A stretch of DNA of 64,000 nt, taken from IMG/VR virus record IMGVR_UViG_3300017919_000016, positions 1 through 64,000 of that record; one strand, given 5' to 3'. This DNA comes from a virus. Lineage: Duplodnaviria > Caudoviricetes. Position 1 is the first letter of the stretch, and each line of letters begins with the position of its first letter. Shown one piece after another: positions 21,294 to 30,450 of the stretch. Position numbers and translations under genes: made by a program. The notes beneath the pieces are model-generated. The model was not told the origin of the DNA. It worked only from the letters and a program-made list of their open reading frames with translations, and did not search any database.

Positions 21294-21371
21294 ACCCTGA
21301 AACACACTAAAATCAAGGATTCAGGGTATCGGCGTCATAGTATATATCACTTATAAACACTGAAATAGCAA
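21294..21371 (-). promoter_or_regulatory. Recombinase operon promoter-like motif (TTGCTA-N17-GATATA) followed by a leader hairpin
   Basis: Conserved with 53485-53562; hairpin ACCCTGAA..TTCAGGGT at 21294-21327 followed by Ts. Confidence 0.55.
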
Positions 21372-21395
21372 GTCATTTCTACTAAGTAATGGGAC

Positions 21396-21430
21396 AAAAA
21401 TAAGCCGATGCTATGAGAATAACACCGGCT
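21396..21430 (-). terminator. Intrinsic terminator after the amidase
   Basis: AGCCGGTG..CATCGGCT stem followed by TATTTTT; conserved in E2. Confidence 0.75.
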
Positions 21431-21451
21431 AGAGTTCCCACAATTTTTCTT

Positions 21452-22432
21452 TTACTCGAATCTCAAGTAGGCAGCAAATCCTGCCTTCTTTAATTGCGCC
21501 ATAAGGGCCTCTGCATTCTTCTTATCACTGAAGGCTCCCACTTGCACCCGGTAGTATTTTCTACTGCTAGGCTTCTCAGGCTCTACTTCCACGCCAGCAC
21601 TGATGAGCTTTAGACTCTCTTTATCCACCCAGGTCATGATACCGGCCTTTTCATCCATGGTACTTTTCAGAATGGTTTTACCAAGAAGAACGCATTCCTT
21701 ACCGCCTTTAATCACGACTTTATCACCGGATTTATCCTGGGTGATTAAATGATAGTTCCATTTCACCCAGTTCGGAATGATTGGTCCACCTGGATAATAG
21801 GTTCTTGCCGATGCTTTGATTTCTACAATGTTGCCGGCTTCAAAGACCTCTTTGTTTTCATCTGCATTCTCAAGTGCCTTTCTGACTGCCGCTCTAAAGG
21901 TGTCCATACTCTCCCCATGCTTTGGAAACCAGTGGCCAACATCGGAATGATTAGAGGCAATCCCCTTCTTGTTTCCTTCTGCATGGCTGATGATGTCTTT
22001 CTCAGTCAGCCCGTACTCTTTGCAAAGAAACACGCATAGATCTACAGCATTTTTCCAAGCCGCTCTAAAAAAGGCTTCATTCTTTTTGGCATCATAGCCT
22101 ACCATCTGATTTTTAGAATAAGAAAACCCACCCGGCTCACATATCTCGAGACCGATGTGGGTATCATTCGCTTTTCCCCCGGCATGCCAACCCCTATGAT
22201 TCCAAGGAAGGTACTGCCAGATCTCTCTATCATCAAGAAAAGCATGAACACAGACTTGGCGTTTGATTTCTTTCGCTTTGTAAGATTTGTTCCACCAAAT
22301 GTACCAATCACCTGCCATCACACCTGGCGTGGCAGTGGAGTGGATCATGATGCCTTTGGGTGTGATTTTTCTCCCAGCTGTATAACAATCATTTCTGGTC
22401 ATGTACTTAGTCTTTAAATTACTTAGTGCCAT
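21452..22432 (-). CDS. Endolysin: N-acetylmuramoyl-L-alanine amidase (Amidase_2) with C-terminal SPOR-like domain
   Basis: IMIHSTA, VCVHAF, WHAG, ISHAEG..SNHSD; YRVQVGAFS.KKNA C-terminus. Confidence 0.9.
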   Translation of the reverse strand: MALSNLKTKYMTRNDCYTAGRKITPKGIMIHSTATPGVMAGDWYIWWNKSYKAKEIKRQVCVHAFLDDREIWQYLPWNHRGWHAGGKANDTHIGLEICEPGGFSYSKNQMVGYDAKKNEAFFRAAWKNAVDLCVFLCKEYGLTEKDIISHAEGNKKGIASNHSDVGHWFPKHGESMDTFRAAVRKALENADENKEVFEAGNIVEIKASARTYYPGGPIIPNWVKWNYHLITQDKSGDKVVIKGGKECVLLGKTILKSTMDEKAGIMTWVDKESLKLISAGVEVEPEKPSSRKYYRVQVGAFSDKKNAEALMAQLKKAGFAAYLRFE

Positions 22433-22447
22433 CCTTATCGCCTCCAT
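22429..22447 (+). repeat. 19-bp direct repeat, copy 1 (CCATCCTTATCGCCTCCAT)
   Basis: Identical to 24613-24631; flanks the ATPase/RloB insert. Confidence 0.9.
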
Positions 22448-22496
22448 TTTATTTTTTTGGCACAAAAAAAGACACTCTAATCTGAGTGCCTTCCAG

Positions 22497-23135
22497 CTAT
22501 ATGTTCTTTAATAAATCTCCGCTATCCTCCAAAACCGCTCTTAGAAATTCATGAATGGAGAAATCAGGATTCGAGTAAATTGTTGTATTTCCAATCTTTG
22601 TACTGTCAGCTTTCACCTTGTTCTTCCGAATCAACTCTGCTCTTCTAATTGCTGATTTTACATCATCTAAAGTTATTTGATGTAGGATCCTTTTTATAAC
22701 GTCTTCATTCTTTATATCGTCTGTGGGCTTCAACCCAAAGATTCTACGAACATCTGAGATATAAGCATCATTTCTTGAAACACTCTTATTGTAGTCCTCT
22801 TTATGGAGGATCAACCATAAATCAAAATTCACACTGCTGTATGCATGATAAATGTGTCTACCTTCTTTTCGTTTTGAAGGTTTAAGCTTTTTGTTCAGAG
22901 AATCACAGATTTCAATATTTCTCTTGAACTCCACATCGTTATGGTCAAAATCAAAAACCGCAGCACTATCATAGTTCTCATATCTTTTTTCAAGACGATG
23001 TGGCAAATCTTCAAAGGTATTAAACTTAAACACTTTCCTTGGAAAGTCCTTAATCAGCTTAGCCACATGATTTAAATACATTGTTTCCTGCTGCCCATCA
23101 CAAATGCATAGATATGCTTTTCTATAGGTTGCCAT
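22497..23135 (-). CDS. RloB / AbiLii-like protein
   Basis: CICDG..E..Y, AVFDFD and S.NFDLWLILH motifs resemble RloB; coupled to the upstream ATPase. Confidence 0.8.
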   Translation of the reverse strand: MATYRKAYLCICDGQQETMYLNHVAKLIKDFPRKVFKFNTFEDLPHRLEKRYENYDSAAVFDFDHNDVEFKRNIEICDSLNKKLKPSKRKEGRHIYHAYSSVNFDLWLILHKEDYNKSVSRNDAYISDVRRIFGLKPTDDIKNEDVIKRILHQITLDDVKSAIRRAELIRKNKVKADSTKIGNTTIYSNPDFSIHEFLRAVLEDSGDLLKNI

Positions 23136-24441
23136 CTTCATCCTCCTCACTGCTGTTTTGATTTAACAGCTTGGAAAAGTCGATGAAGGGAAGCGCTCCG
23201 TAGTTCCCTTTGAAGTAATTGATTAGATAATTATGGTCGTTCCTTACTTCCTCTGCGCCAAAATCAGCTAAAGAATAGATCACGCTCTCATAAGAATCCG
23301 TATCTTTTTCTACGAACCTGATCTGATCTCTTCTGAATATTTTATTGTTTAGATAAATCGGATTATGTGTCGTAAAAATAAGCTGTGCGCCAGCTTTATT
23401 TAAATCACTGTCATTAAAAAGCGCCAGGATTCCTTTAATCAGTTCTGGGTGTATTGCTGCGTCGAACTCATCAAGAATAAATACCCCACCTGCTTTAAAA
23501 AGTTCCTCAAAAGGAATCGCAAAATCAACAAGTTTAAGTGTTCCTCTTGATTCCATCAGCTCTGCCGGTATCACGATATTTTCATCGTGGTATTTATAGA
23601 TAGAAACTAGCTCCATACTGGATGACTCTTTATCTTCTGATTTGTTTGATTTAAAGGCTATACCCTGGGGACCAAAATCCGCATTTTTAACAAATCCATC
23701 AAGAATCTTGTTCCATGCAAAAAAATCTTTCTTGGGGCTGTCTTCCAATGAAAATGTTAGGTTCGTTTTCTTCAGTGTGAAATCACTCACCACAACAAGC
23801 TTTTCTTTAAAGAAGTCTAGCACCATATCTGCCAATTCATTGCTGATTGTACTTTTAAATGCCCTTGATAAGAACAGCTCAGTCTCATCAATGTTCTCAT
23901 TGATTTTCTTCTCAAACTGTTTTAGCAGCTTCTCATCAAATTCAATGATTGATAGTGCCTTTTTCTCTTTATTGATCTGAATCTTATCTTTTTCTCTTGT
24001 ATATATATTTGTTTTTTGGTCAGACTTATCAATGTAATTCAGAAATTCAGATACTATACTTCTGGTTTCTTTTTTGAAAGTGCTTACTTGAGCTTCAAAA
24101 CCAAACTCTAACCGTTTTCCTCCATAAATAAAATCAATCTCAAAGCTCAAAGGCTTCTCAGATTCCTGATAGGCAAATGGGTAAAGTTCCAGGTTCTTTA
24201 GGTTTGGTATATTAGCCTCAAGGGACCCTGAAAGAACAATGTCTTTCATCACTGCCAGAGACATGATGATATTGGATTTCCCACTGGCGTTGGCTCCATA
24301 TATTACAGCTGAAGGAATAATTCTCAAGTCATATTCTCTTATGAGATTATCATTTAGTGTGGTTTGTCTGCCAGCTATCATCGAAAGACTGGTCATTTCT
24401 TTAAATGACCTGAAATTTGAAAATCTATAATCAATTAACAT
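23122..24441 (-). CDS. AAA_21 ABC-type ATPase (RloA / AbiLi-like)
   Basis: NFRSF, Walker A YGANASGKS, ESRGT signature, LDEFDAAIHP, FTTH. Confidence 0.88.
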   Translation of the reverse strand: MLIDYRFSNFRSFKEMTSLSMIAGRQTTLNDNLIREYDLRIIPSAVIYGANASGKSNIIMSLAVMKDIVLSGSLEANIPNLKNLELYPFAYQESEKPLSFEIDFIYGGKRLEFGFEAQVSTFKKETRSIVSEFLNYIDKSDQKTNIYTREKDKIQINKEKKALSIIEFDEKLLKQFEKKINENIDETELFLSRAFKSTISNELADMVLDFFKEKLVVVSDFTLKKTNLTFSLEDSPKKDFFAWNKILDGFVKNADFGPQGIAFKSNKSEDKESSSMELVSIYKYHDENIVIPAELMESRGTLKLVDFAIPFEELFKAGGVFILDEFDAAIHPELIKGILALFNDSDLNKAGAQLIFTTHNPIYLNNKIFRRDQIRFVEKDTDSYESVIYSLADFGAEEVRNDHNYLINYFKGNYGALPFIDFSKLLNQNSSEEDEDGNL

Positions 24442-24479
24442 TGTAAAACCTCCTCAATAAGGACTTCGTTAGTAATTTT

Positions 24480-24508
24480 ATTATACCCCAAAGAGAAGGT
24501 TCTTACAA
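24480..24508 (-). promoter_or_regulatory. Sigma-A-type promoter of the ATPase-RloB moron
   Basis: TTGTAA-N17-TATAAT. Confidence 0.75.
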
Positions 24509-24602
24509 CTTTACTTGAGGTTTTTTCTCAAGTTTATCTTGTTTTTAGAGCTTTAATCCTTCCTATTGTCTTTTTATGTCGATTAAAGACATATAATTCG
24601 TT

Positions 24603-25019
24603 CTATTTGCTTCCATCCTTATCGCCTCCATCCTTTAGCTGCTCTAGGATGTCTTTTAGCTTCTCTGGAATAGGAAGCCCCAGTCTTGTTGCATTTTCTA
24701 TGATGCTGATTCCTTCATTGGACAGATAGAAGAAGATCACCGCTGTTCTTATCGCGCTACCATCACCAATAATATTCTGATCAATGATGTGTGCCACTCC
24801 CACCAAAGAAAAGATGACCACTTTTTTAAAGATTCCCTGAGCACCTACATCGCTAGACAAATGCTTTTCTAGCACAGCACACATCACACCCATGAGATAG
24901 TCCACCACTACAAAGGCAATCAGGGCATATAAAAAACCATCGTAGCCTCCTAGAAAATATCCAAGCCATCCGCCAACTGCCGCAAATATCATCTGAATGA
25001 AATTCCAAATCTCTCTCAT
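24603..25019 (-). CDS. Phage holin (toxin secretion / phage lysis family)
   Basis: Hydrophobic segments and NEGISIIEN..LG.PIP motif. Confidence 0.92.
   Translation of the reverse strand: MREIWNFIQMIFAAVGGWLGYFLGGYDGFLYALIAFVVVDYLMGVMCAVLEKHLSSDVGAQGIFKKVVIFSLVGVAHIIDQNIIGDGSAIRTAVIFFYLSNEGISIIENATRLGLPIPEKLKDILEQLKDGGDKDGSK
24613..24631 (+). repeat. 19-bp direct repeat, copy 2
   Basis: Identical to 22429-22447. Confidence 0.9.
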
Positions 25020-25108
25020 TGTTCTTCCCTCACTTTCGTAATTTTTTGTATATAAAAAGACGCCCCCACATTGAGGACGTCTGGCAACTCTACTTTGTTT
25101 GATGTTTT

Positions 25109-26182
25109 TTAATAGGGCGCGAAGTAAACATAACCGCTTGCTTTAGCATAAAAACCATCACCAGGAACATAGATCGCACCATCAAAGGTATCATACTCAC
25201 TTGTTGTGAATGCTGGTTGATGTACCCCTTCCCAGTAAAGACCATCATTGGAGACGCAGAGCATACTCTCTTTTAGAAGGGCGAATTTTCCCCAGTCCTC
25301 CATCCAGATGATGTTCCTTGGATTTGGAATGTTGTTATTGGCAAGATCTCCCACCCAGGAAAGATTCGTCTCGGTGATCTGTGTGGCGTCATCGCTCAAT
25401 ACGCAGAGCTTCACATAGTAGGTGTAATCACCCCCTACATTGGTGTAGTTAAACTTCATCACAAAGAGGACATCGTTCACAGACCGGATAAACATGTACC
25501 GGGTATCATTCACATCTTCAGGGATCGTTGTGGTCCAAAGTCCTGGAGTACCTGAACTAGCTCTTGCGATGGACTTATCCCCACCAACCACACCGACAAA
25601 GCTTCCCTTATGGGTGGTCAGATATTTGAAGATAGGTACCGAAGTTCCATCCGATCCAACTAAGGTCCAGGCGGTCCTTTCCTGTAAGGAGTCAAAACTA
25701 TAAAAGACCGGCGACTTGTAGTACCACCAACTGACAATACCAGAACCTCTAGCCATGTCATATGCACCACAGGTCATGGCGTTAAAGGCCCCGGGACAAT
25801 ACCCAGCGTTATGCCAGGTGATGCCATCAAAAGAAGCAATGACATTAGCAAGACCCACTATTTTTGCAAGGAACACGCCATCAGCGGCATAGAGAATTTC
25901 CGGTTGGCCATAGCTCCACCAAGGAACGCTGACAACGGTCCACTGCTTGGTGGTCTTGTTCCAGTAAGACATGTAGGGGGTCTTTGCAAAGTACACGGCA
26001 ATTTGAGCGTTGCCATTATCATAAACGTTAATCTGCTTCTCGCTGCCATACTGGGTGTAGCCAAAGTCATTATAGTATTTCTTTGACCAACTCAGTGTTG
26101 GAATGGTGAAAAGAACCTCTCCACGTCCTCCGAAAGCTGTCCAGATGGCCAAGGTGTTATTAAAAATATGATCATAGCTCAT
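25109..26182 (-). CDS. Tail-associated beta-propeller-like protein, putative receptor-binding protein
   Basis: Last gene of the tail cluster; Asp-box-like SFDGITW and SNDGLYW; aromatic-rich. Confidence 0.6.
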   Translation of the reverse strand: MSYDHIFNNTLAIWTAFGGRGEVLFTIPTLSWSKKYYNDFGYTQYGSEKQINVYDNGNAQIAVYFAKTPYMSYWNKTTKQWTVVSVPWWSYGQPEILYAADGVFLAKIVGLANVIASFDGITWHNAGYCPGAFNAMTCGAYDMARGSGIVSWWYYKSPVFYSFDSLQERTAWTLVGSDGTSVPIFKYLTTHKGSFVGVVGGDKSIARASSGTPGLWTTTIPEDVNDTRYMFIRSVNDVLFVMKFNYTNVGGDYTYYVKLCVLSDDATQITETNLSWVGDLANNNIPNPRNIIWMEDWGKFALLKESMLCVSNDGLYWEGVHQPAFTTSEYDTFDGAIYVPGDGFYAKASGYVYFAPY

Positions 26183-26186
26183 GGTT

Positions 26187-27326
26187 TCAGCCCTCCTCTA
26201 AGCTTTTAGTTACGCTGGTGATTCGACCACCGCTATCCACAGTGTAGTTGTATGTCGCTGTTGTTCCATCTGCATACTCAATATAAAAACTCATCATGTC
26301 CACCGTTAAGGTGGCCACTTCCTTAAGTAGAAGCTCTGAGAAAATGTTATCGAGAGTAATGCTCGTGATCCTTCCACCGCTGTCGGTGGTGTACTGGTAC
26401 TGGGCGTGGTACTGGTGTGTATCGCCCTTCTCCACAGTGTAGGTCACATCGATGGTGGATTCAGTCACCACCAGATCAGAAACAATGGTATAGGATACCC
26501 CTAAGTCATTCACCTGGTTTTGGATATCGTCAACTGAGCTCCCTACGCTATTTAAAGAGTTCTCTATCCGGTAAAAGGTGTCCGAGATGCTAGGTCTGTA
26601 CCTCCCGACTTCCACCCTGATATTGTACCGGTAAAACGGGTTGTATTCTAGGGAGATGATTCTCGTCTTCACATTGATCCCCAAGGGATTAAACACAATC
26701 TGTACATTATCTCCCACTGCAAGGTTCAAAAGTTTAAAAAAGGAAATGTCATAGGATGAAGCATTCTCCCTGGAATCATGGGATACTGCCACGTTTGTCA
26801 CGTTCTTTGAATCCATCACCGGGATATAGTCAGTGCTTCCCCTATGACTTCGAATGTTGATGTTGTAACCATCGTACTCAATCTCGCCACCAAGGATGGC
26901 AATGTACTGCATCAGGGCTGCTCTTCGTGAAACTTCCTGATTAATCTTCATGGTGACACTTTCTGTATAGTCAACAACCCCCGCATTAAAAGGGGTTCCT
27001 GAAAGAACTTGAGCAAGTCCCGCTGATGGATCCCCGGTAAAATCAAATTCTGTGATGTTATACATCTCATGGTTAAGTAGGTAAGATACATGCTCACAGA
27101 TCACAGAACAGATGGGAAGGCTGCCCTGAAGACTCTTTGATATCTGTACGATTTCGAAATATTGATCATCCAGCTTTGCGATCTGCTTTACCTTAAGTGC
27201 TAGTGCTGTTTTGGCAAGTACCGTGAATGAAAGGGTATACTCCCCTTCCAAGGTTTCTCTGACACCCGCACCCATCACTTTTTTGATGCTTTGAAGCAAA
27301 GTACTCCCCGCATATATTTCAATCAA
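26187..27326 (-). CDS. Phage tail hub/spike protein (Prophage_tail, Tal-like)
   Basis: Follows the tape measure gene; E.LEGEY.L.F, CEHVSY.L and GGEIEYD motifs. Confidence 0.8.
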   Translation of the reverse strand: MIEIYAGSTLLQSIKKVMGAGVRETLEGEYTLSFTVLAKTALALKVKQIAKLDDQYFEIVQISKSLQGSLPICSVICEHVSYLLNHEMYNITEFDFTGDPSAGLAQVLSGTPFNAGVVDYTESVTMKINQEVSRRAALMQYIAILGGEIEYDGYNINIRSHRGSTDYIPVMDSKNVTNVAVSHDSRENASSYDISFFKLLNLAVGDNVQIVFNPLGINVKTRIISLEYNPFYRYNIRVEVGRYRPSISDTFYRIENSLNSVGSSVDDIQNQVNDLGVSYTIVSDLVVTESTIDVTYTVEKGDTHQYHAQYQYTTDSGGRITSITLDNIFSELLLKEVATLTVDMMSFYIEYADGTTATYNYTVDSGGRITSVTKSLEEG

Positions 27327-27347
27327 GGCTCATCCCTCCTCTCTATA

Positions 27348-29627
27348 TTAGCTCCCTGCTACTCCAAGGTTTCTAACGGTTACTGTATTCTGGTTCCACT
27401 GTAGCTGTGCAATGACTCTGGTTAGAATATTTCCGTCAATGGTAAGTGGGATGGTCAAATCAAAGACTGCACCTTCAGATCCACCTAGATTTCCTGAGAC
27501 TTGAGAATTAAGATCAAGGTCAAAACCTGTAGGAATAGCGCCTTGAATGTCTTTTTCAACCCCACTCATGGCCTCAGTGAAACCTTCTCCAATACCTTCA
27601 CTCATGTTGGCACCAATCCCGGCGAACACTTTAGAAGGTGAGCGGATGCCTAGAACACCTTTGACGCCTTTAACAATACCCCCGACCATGCTGTCGACTT
27701 TTCCTTTCAGCCACCCAATCATGGATGAAATACCATCCCATAGGCCTCTTGCGATATTTCTCCCCACATCATTCATGGAAGGGATAGCTCTCCCAAGGCC
27801 TGTCACAATTGCCGAGATGATTTGTGGAAGCTGACCAACGAGTTGAGGAATCGCTCTGATTAGTCCTGCTGCCAGTTGAATGGTCAGCTGAAGGCCCATC
27901 TCGATAATTTTAGGGAGATTATTTGTGATGAAAGTAATGATACTATTGATGATTTGGGGTAGAGCATCTATTAGCTTCGGCAGTGAATTAAGTAGACCCT
28001 CGGCCAGTCCGCTGATGATCTGAAAAGCTGCATCAAGAACCAAATCCAGATTATTGATCAGCGTCTGGGCAATCAGAATCACAGCTTCTACAATGGAAGG
28101 AACCAGCTCCGGAAGAGCTTCACCAAGACCCATAGCAAGGGTCACTATCATCACAAGGGCTGCTTCTACAAGTGATGGAAGATTGGCGATGATCCCATCC
28201 ACTAGGGTGAGTACCAGTTGAAGGGCTCCTTCTGTAATCTGAGGTAGGGCTTCAATGAGTCCACCCACAATGGTCATGATGATATTTGTAGCCGCTTCAA
28301 TGAGCGTGGGTAGGTTATCTAAAATACCACTAACAAGAGCGAGGACAAGGTCAGGTGCCACTTCGGCTATCGCTGCTATCAGGCCAGTCACCACATCTAA
28401 AATCTGTGGAAGGATAACCGCAATCTGATCGACCGTTTGTCTGGCCCCTTCTTTTAGCTCTTCTGCGGCGCCTTCTTGACCGGTGATCAGTCCGGTAAGT
28501 CCATCAAGAACCATGGTGAACCCTGGAAGGAGCTGTGAGGTGATATTGTTTTTCACACCTGCAAAAGACCGAGTGAGATTATCCATGGCATCGGTGTAGT
28601 TTACCGCTGCATCTATGGATTCATCACTCATCACCAGGCCCAGTTCACTGGCTTTATTCTTTAGGGCGTTGGTACTTTCTGCCGTTTGGTTCAAAAGTGC
28701 GCCAAGTTCAACAGAAGACGTGCCAAGAAGGTCATTAGCTATAGCAGCTTTTTCACCTTCATCTGCTATTCCTTGAAGACCTCTTACGGTCATTTCAAAG
28801 ACCTCTTCCCTGGTTTTTCCCTGAAGGTCCTCCATGGAAATGCCCAGTCTCTCAAACTTCTCTGTTGCAGAAGCACTTCCGTTTATTGCATCATCCACGG
28901 TGCTATTTAGCTTTTTCATCCCAGTTTCTAAAGATGAGATGCTGGCGCCATTTTGCGAAAGGACATACTCCCACTGCTGATAGCCCTCTCTCGATAACCC
29001 CAACCTTTGACTGGCTTTATCCACTTCGTCTCCGGCAGCAGCTGCATCACTAGCCATATCATAAAGCTTTTTTCCTGCTCCCACTGCCGCAGTGCCAATG
29101 GCTGCCATAGCCACACCAATGCCAGTGGCCACACCTTTCATAACAGAGCCAAGTTTCTCAAACTTCCCGCCGGAGTCATCTGCTACTTTCGCTGATTCTT
29201 TAATTTCATCTCCAAACTTGCCGGCTTTCTTACCTGCATCTTCGAATCCACCAGTTGCTTCATCAAGAGCTTTGCTATTTTCATCAAGCTCCCGCTCCAT
29301 CTTGTTCAGATCAGCGTTAGCGTTGTTTAGCTGGATCTGCCAGGCTTTTGTCCGTTTATCATTTTCACCAAAGGAATCGGCCGCATTTTTAAGGGCAGAT
29401 TCTAGGGTGCTTATCTTATTTTTCTGAGCATCAATTTCTTTATTCAGAACTTCATTTCTTGCCGTCACTGCCTGCAGGGATTTATCCTGTTTATCAAACT
29501 GGGAAGTGACAAGTTTCATTTCAGAGCCCAGCACTTTGAAATCTCTATTGATCTCGCGCAAACTATTCTTGAACTCTTTTTCCCCTTCAACCCCTATTTT
29601 CAGGCCAAAGTTGCTATCACCTGCCAT
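27348..29627 (-). CDS. Tail tape measure protein
   Basis: FGLKIG.EGEKEFK N-terminus, coiled coil, amphipathic repeats, LGIRSPSKVF. Confidence 0.92.
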   Translation of the reverse strand: MAGDSNFGLKIGVEGEKEFKNSLREINRDFKVLGSEMKLVTSQFDKQDKSLQAVTARNEVLNKEIDAQKNKISTLESALKNAADSFGENDKRTKAWQIQLNNANADLNKMERELDENSKALDEATGGFEDAGKKAGKFGDEIKESAKVADDSGGKFEKLGSVMKGVATGIGVAMAAIGTAAVGAGKKLYDMASDAAAAGDEVDKASQRLGLSREGYQQWEYVLSQNGASISSLETGMKKLNSTVDDAINGSASATEKFERLGISMEDLQGKTREEVFEMTVRGLQGIADEGEKAAIANDLLGTSSVELGALLNQTAESTNALKNKASELGLVMSDESIDAAVNYTDAMDNLTRSFAGVKNNITSQLLPGFTMVLDGLTGLITGQEGAAEELKEGARQTVDQIAVILPQILDVVTGLIAAIAEVAPDLVLALVSGILDNLPTLIEAATNIIMTIVGGLIEALPQITEGALQLVLTLVDGIIANLPSLVEAALVMIVTLAMGLGEALPELVPSIVEAVILIAQTLINNLDLVLDAAFQIISGLAEGLLNSLPKLIDALPQIINSIITFITNNLPKIIEMGLQLTIQLAAGLIRAIPQLVGQLPQIISAIVTGLGRAIPSMNDVGRNIARGLWDGISSMIGWLKGKVDSMVGGIVKGVKGVLGIRSPSKVFAGIGANMSEGIGEGFTEAMSGVEKDIQGAIPTGFDLDLNSQVSGNLGGSEGAVFDLTIPLTIDGNILTRVIAQLQWNQNTVTVRNLGVAGS

Positions 29628-29654
29628 AGTGCCTCACCTCCTCCTCATTAGGCG

Positions 29655-29683
29655 AAAAAAAAGACACCTCGTTTGAAGTGTCT
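29655..29683 (-). terminator. Intrinsic terminator upstream of the tape measure gene
   Basis: AGACAC..GTGTCT stem followed by T-tract; also present at 60985-61011. Confidence 0.7.
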
Positions 29684-30450
29684 CGAAATGTAACGTTAAA
29701 ATTTTCAATGTAACAATCGTTCTGTACCATATACAGTTAATATTGTTAAATTATCCTTTTTATTGAGCCTATTTTATGTCACTTAAAAACTGCTCTTAGA
29801 ATATCAGTAATTTCATCAAACTGAATACCTTCTGCATAGGGAAACTTCTGCACATATGATTCCCAAATTGTCTTAAGATCTTCACTTTCCTCTATATCTT
29901 TTAAATACTTCTCACTATTCTCTAAATAGATCAATGTGTTTCTTTCTTCAGCTTTCTTTCGAATTGCGTTTCTTAGACTTTCTAAATCAATATCATTTCT
30001 TCGAAGTGTTAGAAGAATATAAACATCATAATAATCCCTAGCTCTGGTATTTGCCACATTCCGCGCCAAAATAGACTCAATCTTTTCTGCAAGAATTGTA
30101 TTTAAATTATACGCTTTTATTGAAATATCACGTTCTTCAAACATAAGCTTAAACGAATATTCTACTTCTCTTGGTATGATTACATCTCCAGTAGTGATGT
30201 CAATCTTCATATTGACTCTGATCGTAAAGAACTGGGCTTCTACAGAGACTCTGAAATCATCATAGTCACTAACATCATGGATGTTTTTAATAGCTTTTAG
30301 CCTAAAAATTACATTATCATCAAGCTCTATCGATAGAATCTCATTTAATATTTCTTCTATTGCCTCTCTATTGACAGGAATCCCTTTTATCGTTGTATCC
30401 ATGTCCATAGTGCTTCTCATATCTATACCAACCATAGCTGCAATCAAGAA

